A stretch of 64,000 bases of DNA, taken from an uncultured Alphaproteobacteria bacterium. GTDB lineage: Bacteria > Pseudomonadota > Alphaproteobacteria > Acetobacterales > Acetobacteraceae. Each line of letters begins with the position of its first letter. Within the stretch, counting starts at the first letter, position 1. Shown piece after piece: positions 9,420 through 18,633 of this stretch. The position numbers and the translations under genes are program-made. The notes under the pieces are model-generated. The model ran no database searches. It was given only the letters and a program-made list of their open reading frames with translations, and had not been told where the DNA came from. Location of the stretch: positions 288,293 through 352,292 of the forward strand of contig CAWEVM010000015.1 in NCBI GenBank assembly GCA_963812505.1, in the 5' to 3' direction.

Positions 9420-10499
9420 ATGATTGGCGGCATTTCCACGTTGGGTTCCATGCTGCGGAACAGCTGGCAGATCCAGTCGATGCAGACGCAGATGAACCAG
9501 ATCACGACCGAGATCGCCTCTGGCCGCAAGACCGATCCGCTCGGCCCACTCGGCGGCAATGCGGCATTGCTATACCAGCTGCACGCCCAGTCGGATCAGC
9601 AGACCGCGTTGCAGACCACGGTCACCAACGCGCTCGGACGACTGGATGCGACGCAGACGGCGCTGAGTGCGGTCGGCACGGCCGTTCAGAGCATCGTCAA
9701 CGATGCGCTCACTCCGGACTCGAGCAACGGCCAGGGCCAGTCGGTGCTCGCCAATGAGGCGCAGAATTCCATGGCCCAGGTAATCAGCCAGCTGAACACG
9801 CAGTACGAAGGCAGCTCGCTGTTCGCCGGCGACAACACGAACACCGCACCAATGCAGGCGGCTGATGCCGCCGGCGGCCCGCTGGCAACGGTGAACAGCG
9901 TTCTGGCCACGGCGGTCAGCGTCAAAGGTGGGCCGTTAACGGCGAGCGACATAAACAGCTTCATCAGTGGTCCGAACGGACTCGCAAGCGTGTTCAACGA
10001 CACCAACAGCAATCCGGCGCTGAACTACGGCGGAGCTTTCTATACCGCTCCGGATGATGGCAAGCCGACCACCTTGCTGATCGGCGCAACCCAGACCTTG
10101 CAATACAATGTCAACGGCAACCAACAGGGATTCCGCGACCTGATGCAAGGTCTGTCGATGCTGACCATGCTCGGCGCCCCGCCGAGCCAGCTCGACGACA
10201 GCGCCAAGGCCGCATTGCAGACGCAGGCCAGCGCTCTGATCGGCCAGGCGCAGAATGAGCTGACGACGCAGCAGGGCTTGCTGGGCGTCACCCAGGCTGC
10301 TCTGCAGAATGTCGCCGACCAGCAACAGGCGGCCGCGAACGCCACACAGAAGCAGATTTTGGGATTCGAACAGGCTGACACCACCGCCGATGCCACGACG
10401 CTGTCGACGTTGCAGACGCAGCTGCAGGCAACCTACGCGATCACTGCAGAGATCTCTCAGCTGACGCTGACGCACTACCTGCCCACACTGACGAGCTGA
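9420..10499 (+). CDS. flgL: Hook-associated protein 3 FlgL (flagellin-fold junction protein)
   Basis: 359 aa. The N-terminus (QIQSMQTQMNQITTEIASGRK) and the Gln/Ala-rich C-terminal helix are typical of FlgL. It follows flgK. Confidence 0.8.
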   Translation: MIGGISTLGSMLRNSWQIQSMQTQMNQITTEIASGRKTDPLGPLGGNAALLYQLHAQSDQQTALQTTVTNALGRLDATQTALSAVGTAVQSIVNDALTPDSSNGQGQSVLANEAQNSMAQVISQLNTQYEGSSLFAGDNTNTAPMQAADAAGGPLATVNSVLATAVSVKGGPLTASDINSFISGPNGLASVFNDTNSNPALNYGGAFYTAPDDGKPTTLLIGATQTLQYNVNGNQQGFRDLMQGLSMLTMLGAPPSQLDDSAKAALQTQASALIGQAQNELTTQQGLLGVTQAALQNVADQQQAAANATQKQILGFEQADTTADATTLSTLQTQLQATYAITAEISQLTLTHYLPTLTS

Positions 10500-10519
10500 G
10501 CGCAGTGGAGGCGCACGTG

Positions 10520-11641
10520 ATGAGACAACGTCGGATGATCAAGCGCGTGGCGATCGGTGCTGCCGCTGCCTTGCTGCTCCTCGTCACTTCTGCTCAAGCC
10601 CAGATCAAGCTGCGCGACCTCGTGTCGATCGAAGGCGTCCGCACCAATCAGCTCGTAGGTTATGGCCTGGTGGTCGGCCTGCAATCGACTGGCGACACCC
10701 TGCGCAACTCGCAGTTCACCCAACAATCGCTGAGCGCGATGCTTGAGCGGATGGGCGTGAACGTGAACGGCCTGCAATTGCAGACCCGCAACACCGCAGC
10801 TGTCGTGGTGACGGCGACGCTGCCGGCGTTCGCGCGGCAAGGCTCGCCGGTCGATGTGCAGGTCTCGTCGCTGGGCGATGCCAAGTCGCTGACCGGCGGC
10901 ACGCTGATGGTCACGCCTCTGATGGGTGCCGACGGCGAGGTGTACGCTGTCGCGCAGGGCCCAGTGGTGGTCGGCGGCATCGTCATCGTCGGCCAGGCGC
11001 AGAGCGTCAAGCAGGGCGTGCTGACATCGGGACGCGTTCCTGGCGGTGCCACCGTCGAACGCGAGGTGGCCAACACGCTGGACGATCTAACATCGGTCCG
11101 CCTCGCGCTGCGCTCGCCCGACTTCACCACGGCAACTCGCATGGAACAGGCGATCAACGCGCGGTTTGGCGAAGGCACCGCCGTCGCGTCCGATCTCGGC
11201 ACCGTGGATCTGCACGTTCCGCCGGCGTTCAGCCACCGCGTGACCGAACTGCTGGCGCAGGTCGAGCTGATCGAGGTGCGACCCGAGACCCCGGCGCGCG
11301 TGGTGATCGACGAGAAAAGCGGCACGATCGTAGTGGGCGCCGAGGTCAAGCTTGATCCGGTGGCAATCACACACGGCAACCTCACGGTCAGGGTGACCGA
11401 GACGCCTCAGGTCAGTCAGCCTGGACCATTTTCCAACGGTCAGACGGTCGTGGTGCCCAACACGGAGATCGACGTGAATACCCACGCGGATCGCCGGCTC
11501 CGCATGCTGTCGCGCAGTGTTACGCTGCGCGAACTGGTGGATGGGCTGAACGCATTGGGCCTTGGCCCGCGTGATCTGATCCAGGTGCTGAACACGCTGC
11601 GCGCATCAGGCGCGCTGCACGCGGAACTCGATTTCATCTGA
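10520..11641 (+). CDS. flgI: Flagellar P-ring protein FlgI
   Basis: Signal peptide ending SAQA, then IKLRDLVSIEGVRTNQLVGYGLVVGLQSTGD.... ATG at 10520 follows GGAGG at 10507-10511. The ORF-track start at 10505 is also possible. Confidence 0.95.
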   Translation: MRQRRMIKRVAIGAAAALLLLVTSAQAQIKLRDLVSIEGVRTNQLVGYGLVVGLQSTGDTLRNSQFTQQSLSAMLERMGVNVNGLQLQTRNTAAVVVTATLPAFARQGSPVDVQVSSLGDAKSLTGGTLMVTPLMGADGEVYAVAQGPVVVGGIVIVGQAQSVKQGVLTSGRVPGGATVEREVANTLDDLTSVRLALRSPDFTTATRMEQAINARFGEGTAVASDLGTVDLHVPPAFSHRVTELLAQVELIEVRPETPARVVIDEKSGTIVVGAEVKLDPVAITHGNLTVRVTETPQVSQPGPFSNGQTVVVPNTEIDVNTHADRRLRMLSRSVTLRELVDGLNALGLGPRDLIQVLNTLRASGALHAELDFI

Positions 11642-11706
11642 TGGAGCGCGGTGCTTCCCGCGCTACCTTGGTATCCGGGCTTATAGAACAGCGAGACATG
11701 AGTGCT

Positions 11707-11796
11707 GTCATTGCGAGCGCAGCGACGAAGCAATCTGGGACAAAGTTCGCTCCATCGAACGAGATTGCTCGTCTCGCTTCTCGAGTTGACAATGTC
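11707..11796. repeat. REP-like imperfect palindromic element (GTCATTGCGAGCG...GAAGCAATC type)
   Basis: The left arm gtcattgcgagcgcagcgacgaagcaatc (11707-11735) pairs imperfectly with the right arm gagattgctcgtctcgcttctcgagttgacaatgtc (11761-11796). This core resembles an intergenic repeat I recall from Bradyrhizobiaceae genomes. It generates the spurious ORF 11641..11832. Confidence 0.5.
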
Positions 11797-12364
11797 GGCG
11801 TGACTCGCGCTCCCAACGATAGTGGGTACTAGCCCGGCTGTCGCTACTGGCTACCGAGAGTTATAAAAGTGTTTGATGTCCGGCGGCCGACGTTGTGAAG
11901 GTCGGCACCACAGGACGAGGTGTCATGCCGCTTATGGAACGGCGGCGCAGCGCGAAATCCCGCCCGCTCGACCGGGGTGGTCACAAACCCTGTGAAAATG
12001 TTTTGAAAATACGCGACTGCCCGCGGCAGTGGTCACCGATGTCGAGGCGGCCGTATTAGGCGTGCCCTAGATTATTGACGTTGAATAGGTGGCTCCAATG
12101 TGCAACACCCCGTCCGCACCACGCCGTTGTTGGGTCGGTGTCGTAATCGGCTGCTGAGCCAAAGCGGGCGCGAAAGCAAGGCAAGGCGCGACGGCAGTTG
12201 CGCAGAGCGGGCCTCTCAGCATCGAGGCCGCGCAGAAAAAACATGCATGACAGGGCCTCCGACAACGACGGCGCAGTCTCGTTGCGGGCGGAGGTGTCCG
12301 TCGAGGCGGCCCGCTTCGAATGTCGTCGCGGCATCGTCGTGGGATTTTGTTACGTAAGCGTTAA

Positions 12365-13273
12365 CTAGCTGGGTGCCGCGGAGCCTAGCGCCGAGACCAC
12401 TGCCTGCGGCAACCCGTGCTGCCGGCGCGAACGATCGGCCGGACGGTCCATGCGGGTGAACACCTCCGCCAGCGTCGCCAGCAGCATGCGCTGCGGCATC
12501 GATGCGCTGCGCGAGGGTGAACTGGAACCCCACCCTGTCGTGCCAGCCTCCGACGCGTCGGCCTTGCTTCCGGTTGTGGAGAGCACCACCGAGGCCGGCA
12601 TTGCAGCGCCCAGCGATGCATAGGTCCGCTGCACCCGGTCACGGATGTTCTGCACAAACTGGCTCATCGTCAGCGGCGTTCCGTTCGGTGAATAGAACAT
12701 CGCCCGGTTGGCCGCCGCCGCCGCCGGCAGCAGATCGGCCGCCGGCCGGTTCGGCGTGGCCTGCAACGCCTGCAACGCCTGCGTTGCCCCTCCGGCGCCG
12801 AGAAAGTGCCCGAGATAAGTTTCCGCCGGATCCGGCGAGCGGCCGAGCACAGGGGTCAATATATCCGCCAAATTGCGCAGATGCTCGGTCGCCAGCTCGG
12901 TTGATACTTTGGGATCATTGCGAAGATCCAGGATGCGCTGCCGCGCCGCCGGATCATCGACCGTCAACTGGCCGCCCTGCCGCGTCACGAGCGCTGCTTC
13001 GGCGCCCAGCCCATGTGCCGCACCGTATTCGCGCACTGCATTGAGCCAAGTCTGCTCAGTGAACTGATAGAGGCCACTGGCTGAGGATGTGCTGGCATGA
13101 GCGGCCGGATTGATCCCGCTCTCCATCGCCGCGTATGACAGCAGCATATCGAAGTTCGCCCCGGTGGCGGCGCTCGTTCCACGCATCGCGGCCAGCACTG
13201 CGGGGTCGGCGGACAGCCGCCCCACCTGCGCGCCGGCTGCCACCGCGTCAGACCCGGGAACTCGGAACACCAT
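12365..13273 (-). CDS. Flagellum-associated lytic transglycosylase (SLT domain) with a low-complexity C-terminal tail
   Basis: SLT catalytic region LLSYAAMESGINPAAHASTSSASGLYQFTEQTWL (ES...GLxQF...TW). It lies in the flagellar cluster and is transcribed divergently from motA. Confidence 0.8.
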   Translation of the reverse strand: MVFRVPGSDAVAAGAQVGRLSADPAVLAAMRGTSAATGANFDMLLSYAAMESGINPAAHASTSSASGLYQFTEQTWLNAVREYGAAHGLGAEAALVTRQGGQLTVDDPAARQRILDLRNDPKVSTELATEHLRNLADILTPVLGRSPDPAETYLGHFLGAGGATQALQALQATPNRPAADLLPAAAAANRAMFYSPNGTPLTMSQFVQNIRDRVQRTYASLGAAMPASVVLSTTGSKADASEAGTTGWGSSSPSRSASMPQRMLLATLAEVFTRMDRPADRSRRQHGLPQAVVSALGSAAPS

Positions 13274-13289
13274 CAGGTTCTCCTGTTTT

Positions 13290-13395
13290 CCGATTTCTGC
13301 GAAATTCTACACTAGCTTCGGGTCATGCGAAATGCTAAAGATTGCCTCGCGGCGCGAAATGCGCTGGTCTAACGAGCATACAGGCGCGAAAAATC
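13290..13395. promoter_or_regulatory. slt/motA divergent control region with four GCGAAA(T/A) copies
   Basis: GCGAA at 13299-13303, 13327-13331, 13354-13358 and 13386-13390, each extended to GCGAAAT or GCGAAAA. This is the reverse complement of the ATTTCGC core seen at 1295-1435. Confidence 0.35.
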
Positions 13396-13399
13396 GGCC

Positions 13400-14293
13400 A
13401 TGTGGCAATTGATCGGAATAGCCGGGGTGTTTGCGGCAATTGGCGTTGGCTACACGATCGAGGGCGGCAGCTTTGCTGTGGTCTTCGATGCCGTGGGGCC
13501 GGAGCTGCTGATTATCCTGGGCTCAGGCGCGATGACGCTGCTGGTCAGCAACGAGATCGGCACCGTCAAGGCCATCATAGGCGGCATGCGAAAAATTGCC
13601 ACCGGCCCCTGCTGGGGCAAGCGCGACTACGTCGACGCGCTGTGCCTCGTCTACCTGCTGGTCCGAGTGGCGCGCCAGGAGGGCAACCTGGCATTGGAGC
13701 GCCATATCGAGACGCCCGCCAACTCGTCGCTGTTCACTCGCTACCCGCGGCTGTGCAGCGACGCCAGTCTGGTGACGTTCCTCGCCGACGTGTTCCGCGC
13801 CATCACGCTGAACTTCACCGACCCGCACAAGGTCGGCGAGATGATGGACAACGAGATCGACACCCGTCAGCACGACGAGCTGCGCGCTCCCAATGCGCTC
13901 TCGACCATGGCGGACGCTCTGCCGGCCCTGGGTATCGTCGCTGCGGTGTTGGGCGTCATCAAGGCGATGGGCGCCATCAATGAATCGCCCGACATCCTTG
14001 GCCATATGATCGGCGCCGCGCTGGTCGGCACGTTTCTCGGCGTCTTCCTGTCCTATGGCCTGGTTGGCCCCATCGCCGCCCGCCTGCGCGCCGTGCTGCA
14101 GGAAGAGTGTGTGATGTTCGGCGTGGTGCGTCAGGTGATCACCTCGCATCTTGAAGGGCTCGGCCCGCAACTCGCGGTCGAGGTGGGCCGGAAGTCAGTA
14201 CCCATGCGCTTCCAGCCGAGCTTCGAGGAGCTCGATCAAATTCTCACCGAAACCGCGCGCAGCACCCGGACAAAGCCGGAGGGCGCCGCGTGA
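13400..14293 (+). CDS. motA: Flagellar stator protein MotA
   Basis: 297 aa with MotA/TolQ/ExbB channel topology (MWQLIGIAGVFAAIGVGYTIEGG...ALPALGIVAAVLGVIKAMG...ALVGTFLGVFLSYGLVGP). Confidence 0.95.
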   Translation: MWQLIGIAGVFAAIGVGYTIEGGSFAVVFDAVGPELLIILGSGAMTLLVSNEIGTVKAIIGGMRKIATGPCWGKRDYVDALCLVYLLVRVARQEGNLALERHIETPANSSLFTRYPRLCSDASLVTFLADVFRAITLNFTDPHKVGEMMDNEIDTRQHDELRAPNALSTMADALPALGIVAAVLGVIKAMGAINESPDILGHMIGAALVGTFLGVFLSYGLVGPIAARLRAVLQEECVMFGVVRQVITSHLEGLGPQLAVEVGRKSVPMRFQPSFEELDQILTETARSTRTKPEGAA

Positions 14294-16512
14294 TCCGTAT
14301 CCTCGCCCGCTTTTGCGGCGCGCTGCTGCTGGCATGGCTTGCGTCGCATTCGGCCAGCGCCGCACGCGGCACAACTCCCACGGCCAAGCTGACGGTTTTT
14401 CCAAGGACCGCAACGTTGGGCCGAGTTGTGATCCGGCTTCAGCATACGGCCGAGCCGACGATCCAGGCATTCGATGGCGGTGTCGAGCTGCATTTCCCCC
14501 TGGGCACCCATGTGGTTCCTCCGCCCAAGGTGACCCTGCGCCAGGTGGCCGGGATCGATCTTCGCGACGACTCCGATGGCACTGTCGTGGTGATCCACTT
14601 TGCCTGCAACTGCACCGCGTCGCCGGTTTCGCAAAGAACCCAGCTGAGACTGGATATAAAGGAGAGCCCGAAGCAATCCGCCGCCACTGCGAAGCCGTCG
14701 ACGACCACACAAGGTTCCCCGCTTGAATTGGAGAAGTTGCGCGAAGCCCTCACTGCCAAGTTGGCAATCCTGAACGGGAGACAGTCCACGCCGAAGTCTG
14801 GGTCACCGCCACCCGTTTCGCCTGCGCTCCAAAGTATCGCCGGACAGAGCGACGCACCGAAGGCGGCGTCGGTTCCCCCAGTCTGTCCGCCGCAATTCGA
14901 CCCCTCGGGTTGGATGGGCCACGGCACCTTCGTCGCCACGCTGAAGGAGCTGCGCAGCCAGATTGCTACGACGCACGATAGTTCGGCGGCGATGGCTGAA
15001 CTGGCAGACTTCTATCTGCTCAATGGGCTGCCCGGTGAAAGCTTCAGTGTCGCCACTGAGGCGCTGGCTGGCGATGTCCGCCCAGAGGACCGCGAGCGAC
15101 TGACGGCGACCGGCGGTATCGCGCGCCTGCTGCAGCGCGAGCCGCTCGATCCCGCCGCGCCAATGCCCGCCATTTCTCCCGACTGCCAGACACCGGATGC
15201 CCCCATCTGGCGCGCCCTCACCGCCGCCGCTGCCGGTGATGCAGACACTGTCGCAAGCAACGCCGAGGCAGCGGCAACGGCTGCGCTGCGGCTTGTGCCC
15301 GAGCCGCTGCTGGAGCTTGTCGTATTCCGTATCACCGATGCCGCGGGTGACAACCTTGCCTCGCTTCGAGTCATGGCCGGAGCTTTGCGAAACACGGACG
15401 TGGGGATTCCCGAAGACGAGGCCGGGCGATTCCTCCTGCAAGCGCGCATCGCCCGCCTGGGCGGCGATCCAGAGGAGGAGCGCGGCTTCCTCGAGAAGGC
15501 GGCAGTGCATGACCACACTGCCCCAGGCCTGATCGCCAAGGCGCGGCTCGCCGCTCTACGCGTTGCGAAGGACCCACCGGACGCGGATCGGAGCGAAGCA
15601 ATCCTGGCCGATATTGCCCGCACCTATCGCTCCGAACCTGTGGGACAGGAAGCCGCAGAGAACTATGCCGAACGCCGGCTCAGGCTCGGCGACTATGCCT
15701 CGGCTCTGGCGGTCGCAGACGAGACGGCTGGCCCCGCCAGCAGCCGGATCCGCGACAGTCGCGGCGCCGGACTGGCTGCGCGGATCCTGCGCGTCCTGCT
15801 GGCCGACGCACCTGTCGCCGGTTCCCTCCCCGACCCCGCCGTCCGCCTCGCACTCTACTGGCGCTACGAAGGCTATGCCACGCCGGGTGCGAAAGGCGAC
15901 GATATACGTGTGGGAGCGGCGCGACTCATGCTGGCCACGGGTGTTCCCGCGGCCGCGGTGGACCTGCTGCGTCAGTTGTCAGACGCCACGGCATCCGAAG
16001 CCCCCGCGCGGCTGCTGCGCTCCGCGGCCGAAGCGCGCGCTGGTGACCCGAACTTCGCGCTCACAACGCTGCCAGGCATGCAGGATGGTGATGAACCGCG
16101 CCGCATTGCGAGTACCGCGCTGGCCAGGCTCGGGCGCTTCGCCGATGCCGCGCACAGGCTCGACGGCTTGACCGACCTTGCCGACAAGCAGCGCCGCGCC
16201 GGGCTGCTGTTCCAGGCGGAGAGCTGGCGCGACGCAGCAGCAGCCTATGTCGAGTTGCTGGCGGATGCCGGTGTCGCCGGCGACGCACGCAACGACGTTG
16301 CGGAGCGCTACGCGCTCGCCCTGGCGCTGTCTGGCGGCACGCCGGACAAGAACCTGCCGACACTGCCCGATCAGCCCAACAACCTGCTCTCGGTCGTGCC
16401 ACCACCCAATGGCACGGCGAACACCGGCGAGGCCGTTCGCGATGCGCTCGATCACGCCGAACGCATCGAGCGATTGCTCGCCCCCACACCAACCCAGCAA
16501 CAAGGATCCTGA
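14290..16512 (+). CDS. Uncharacterised 740-aa secreted/periplasmic protein embedded in the motA-flgF operon: beta-rich N-domain, P/S/T linker, Ala-rich TPR-like repeats
   Basis: GTG at 14290 overlaps the motA stop (GTGA) and only 3 nt separate its stop from the flgF ATG. Signal peptide MIRILARFCGALLLAWLASHSASA. Linker KPSTTTQGSP...STPKSGSPPPVSP. The helical repeats are Ala/Leu/Arg-rich. Confidence 0.8.
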   Translation: MIRILARFCGALLLAWLASHSASAARGTTPTAKLTVFPRTATLGRVVIRLQHTAEPTIQAFDGGVELHFPLGTHVVPPPKVTLRQVAGIDLRDDSDGTVVVIHFACNCTASPVSQRTQLRLDIKESPKQSAATAKPSTTTQGSPLELEKLREALTAKLAILNGRQSTPKSGSPPPVSPALQSIAGQSDAPKAASVPPVCPPQFDPSGWMGHGTFVATLKELRSQIATTHDSSAAMAELADFYLLNGLPGESFSVATEALAGDVRPEDRERLTATGGIARLLQREPLDPAAPMPAISPDCQTPDAPIWRALTAAAAGDADTVASNAEAAATAALRLVPEPLLELVVFRITDAAGDNLASLRVMAGALRNTDVGIPEDEAGRFLLQARIARLGGDPEEERGFLEKAAVHDHTAPGLIAKARLAALRVAKDPPDADRSEAILADIARTYRSEPVGQEAAENYAERRLRLGDYASALAVADETAGPASSRIRDSRGAGLAARILRVLLADAPVAGSLPDPAVRLALYWRYEGYATPGAKGDDIRVGAARLMLATGVPAAAVDLLRQLSDATASEAPARLLRSAAEARAGDPNFALTTLPGMQDGDEPRRIASTALARLGRFADAAHRLDGLTDLADKQRRAGLLFQAESWRDAAAAYVELLADAGVAGDARNDVAERYALALALSGGTPDKNLPTLPDQPNNLLSVVPPPNGTANTGEAVRDALDHAERIERLLAPTPTQQQGS

Positions 16513-16515
16513 GCA

Positions 16516-17262
16516 ATGGAGGCGCCTGCCTACGTCACGTTGTCAGCCCAGGTCGCCTTGGAGCGGCAGCTCGAAGTCGTCGCCAACAATGTCGCGAATG
16601 CAAATACGACCGGCTTCAAGGCAGACCGGCAGTTGTTCCAGTCCTATATCAGTCGGACCGGCGGCGACGACAGCGTCGCCTTCGTGCAGGACCGCGCCAC
16701 CTACATCGACCACACCAATGGTCCCATCCAGCCGACCGGCAATCCACTCGACGTTGCCGTTCAGGGAGATGCGTTCCTCGCGGTCACCACGCCTCAGGGC
16801 ACATTGTATACTCGCGATGGCCGAATGCATGCCGGAACCGATGGCACACTGCTCGACTCCAATGGCAATGCGGTGCAGTCCGGCGATGGCCAACCGATCC
16901 AACTTCCCGAGAACTACCAGCAGGTCGAGATCAAAGGCGACGGTACCGTAACCGTACGCGTGAACAATCAGCCGCAGGACGTAGGCCAGATCGGCATCTT
17001 CCGCTCGAGCGATCCGCTGGCGATGCGCAAAAGTGGCGACAACCTTTTCACCGCGTCACCCGCCGCGATGCAGCCGGTCGACAGCGGCGACCCGACTGCG
17101 CGTCTGGTGCAAGGATCATTGGAAGGCTCGACCGTGCAGCCGGTGAAGGAGATCGCCAACATGACCGAACTCAGCCGCGCCTATGAGCGGCTGCAGACGT
17201 TGCTGAGTGACGACAACGACCGCGAGAGCAAGATGATCGAAGCTCTCGGCAAACCCTCCTGA
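16516..17262 (+). CDS. flgF: Flagellar basal-body rod protein FlgF
   Basis: LERQLEVVANNVANANTTGFKADR at the N-terminus and a rod C-terminal motif (SLEGSTVQPVKEIANMTELSRAYE). Confidence 0.9.
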   Translation: MEAPAYVTLSAQVALERQLEVVANNVANANTTGFKADRQLFQSYISRTGGDDSVAFVQDRATYIDHTNGPIQPTGNPLDVAVQGDAFLAVTTPQGTLYTRDGRMHAGTDGTLLDSNGNAVQSGDGQPIQLPENYQQVEIKGDGTVTVRVNNQPQDVGQIGIFRSSDPLAMRKSGDNLFTASPAAMQPVDSGDPTARLVQGSLEGSTVQPVKEIANMTELSRAYERLQTLLSDDNDRESKMIEALGKPS

Positions 17263-17280
17263 GCGTAGGAGCCAACCACC

Positions 17281-18066
17281 ATGATGCGAGCCCTCGGCAT
17301 CGCCGCAACCGGCATGCAAGCCCAGCAGACCAATGTCGAAGTCATATCCAACAACATCGCCAACGTGAGTACCACGGGCTTCAAGCGCTCAATGGCGGCA
17401 TTCGTCGATCTGCTCTACCAGTCCAACGCACGCGTCGGTACAGTTTCATCGGAAACCGGCACCGTGCTGCCGACCGGCACACAGCTCGGCCTCGGAGTAC
17501 GCAACGCAGGTACCACCCGCATCGTGACGCAGGGCAGCCTGACCGAGACCGGTAACAAACTCGACGTCGCAGTGGACGGTCGTGGGTATTTCGGCGTGCT
17601 CTTGCCGAGCGGCGACGTCGCCTACACGCGCGACGGCAGCTTCAAGACCTCATCCACTGGCCAGCTCGTCACCAATGAAGGTTTTCCAGTTGAACCGAGC
17701 ACGACAATCGATCCGAACGCGCGCGATGTGACGATCAACCAGGCTGGCGAGATCGTCGTCACGGCCGCGAACGGCAAACAGCAGACTGTCGGACGACTGC
17801 ACCTCTATCTGTTCGCCAATGAAACAGGCCTTGAGGCGCAAGGCGGCAACAATTTCGTGCAGACCGAGGCTTCGGGCGACCCGATCCAGGGTCTGCCGGG
17901 TGATCCAGGTTTTGGCATGGTCCGCCAAGGCTATCTGGAATCCTCGAATGTCAACGTGGTCCAGGAGATCACCTCGCTGATCCAGGCGCAGCGGGCGTAC
18001 GAGCTGAACAGCAAGGTCATCGAGGCCGCCGACCAGATGATGCAGACCACCTCACAGATACGCTGA
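17281..18066 (+). CDS. flgG: Flagellar distal rod protein FlgG
   Basis: MMRALGIAATGMQAQQTNVEVISNNIANVSTTGFKR ... YLESSNVNVVQEITSLIQAQRAYELNSKVI. Confidence 0.95.
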   Translation: MMRALGIAATGMQAQQTNVEVISNNIANVSTTGFKRSMAAFVDLLYQSNARVGTVSSETGTVLPTGTQLGLGVRNAGTTRIVTQGSLTETGNKLDVAVDGRGYFGVLLPSGDVAYTRDGSFKTSSTGQLVTNEGFPVEPSTTIDPNARDVTINQAGEIVVTAANGKQQTVGRLHLYLFANETGLEAQGGNNFVQTEASGDPIQGLPGDPGFGMVRQGYLESSNVNVVQEITSLIQAQRAYELNSKVIEAADQMMQTTSQIR

Positions 18067-18076
18067 GGGTAGCGAC

Positions 18077-18523
18077 ATGCAAATCATGCAGACATCAGCT
18101 GCGGCGTTTCTGATATTGGCGGCTGCCGTGCCGGCTTTCGCGGACGATGTGTGGCACGCCACTCGGACGCTGATGCCGGGCGACACGGTGCGCGCCGAGG
18201 ATGTGGTGGCGCACGCACCTGTTCGTCCGGTGTCCGATGCGGTGCCCGCCAGCCAGGCCGTGATCGGCCTCGAGGTAAAGCGCCGGTTATCCGATGGACG
18301 TGTGCTGTCGGAACGCGACGTGGGACCGCGCTCCGCAGTAAAATCCAATACGCCGGTCAACGTTGTCTGGAAGGATGGCGCGCTGTCGCTCGAGCTGGCC
18401 GGGCGTGCATTGGAGGCCGGCGCGGTCGGCGATGAAATCCGCGTCCTCAACACGATGACCTCACGCACCATCCGCGGCACCGTGGTCGGCGATGGCATGG
18501 TCGAAATTCGGAGCGGGCAATGA
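18077..18523 (+). CDS. flgA: P-ring assembly chaperone FlgA (SAF domain)
   Basis: 148 aa with a signal peptide, then a SAF-like PGDTVRAEDV..., then GDEIRVLNTMTSRTIRGTVVGDGMVEI. It sits between flgG and flgH. Confidence 0.85.
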   Translation: MQIMQTSAAAFLILAAAVPAFADDVWHATRTLMPGDTVRAEDVVAHAPVRPVSDAVPASQAVIGLEVKRRLSDGRVLSERDVGPRSAVKSNTPVNVVWKDGALSLELAGRALEAGAVGDEIRVLNTMTSRTIRGTVVGDGMVEIRSGQ

Positions 18524-18633
18524 AGCGGGCAATGCCGATTGAATCGCTACGGCCAGGTCCGGCTCGGCCATCCGCGCCTTCGCCTAACGTACGGACGGCC
18601 ACGCTCGGCCTGCACGCTGGAGCCAAGACGCGC

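Noticed and set aside
11641-11832. A 63-aa ORF immediately after flgI.
   Set aside because: It is generated by the REP-like palindrome (the ...VIASAATKQSG... segment is the translated repeat). It has no RBS and no coding-type composition.
12350-12365. Near-consensus CtrA boxes: TTAC-N7-TTAAC at 12350-12365 and TTAA-N7-TTAG at 39527-39541.
   Set aside because: Each has a mismatch in a core half-site. The first overlaps the 3' end and stop of the transglycosylase gene, and the second is more than 500 nt from any start codon. They are mentioned only as context and not called as sites.
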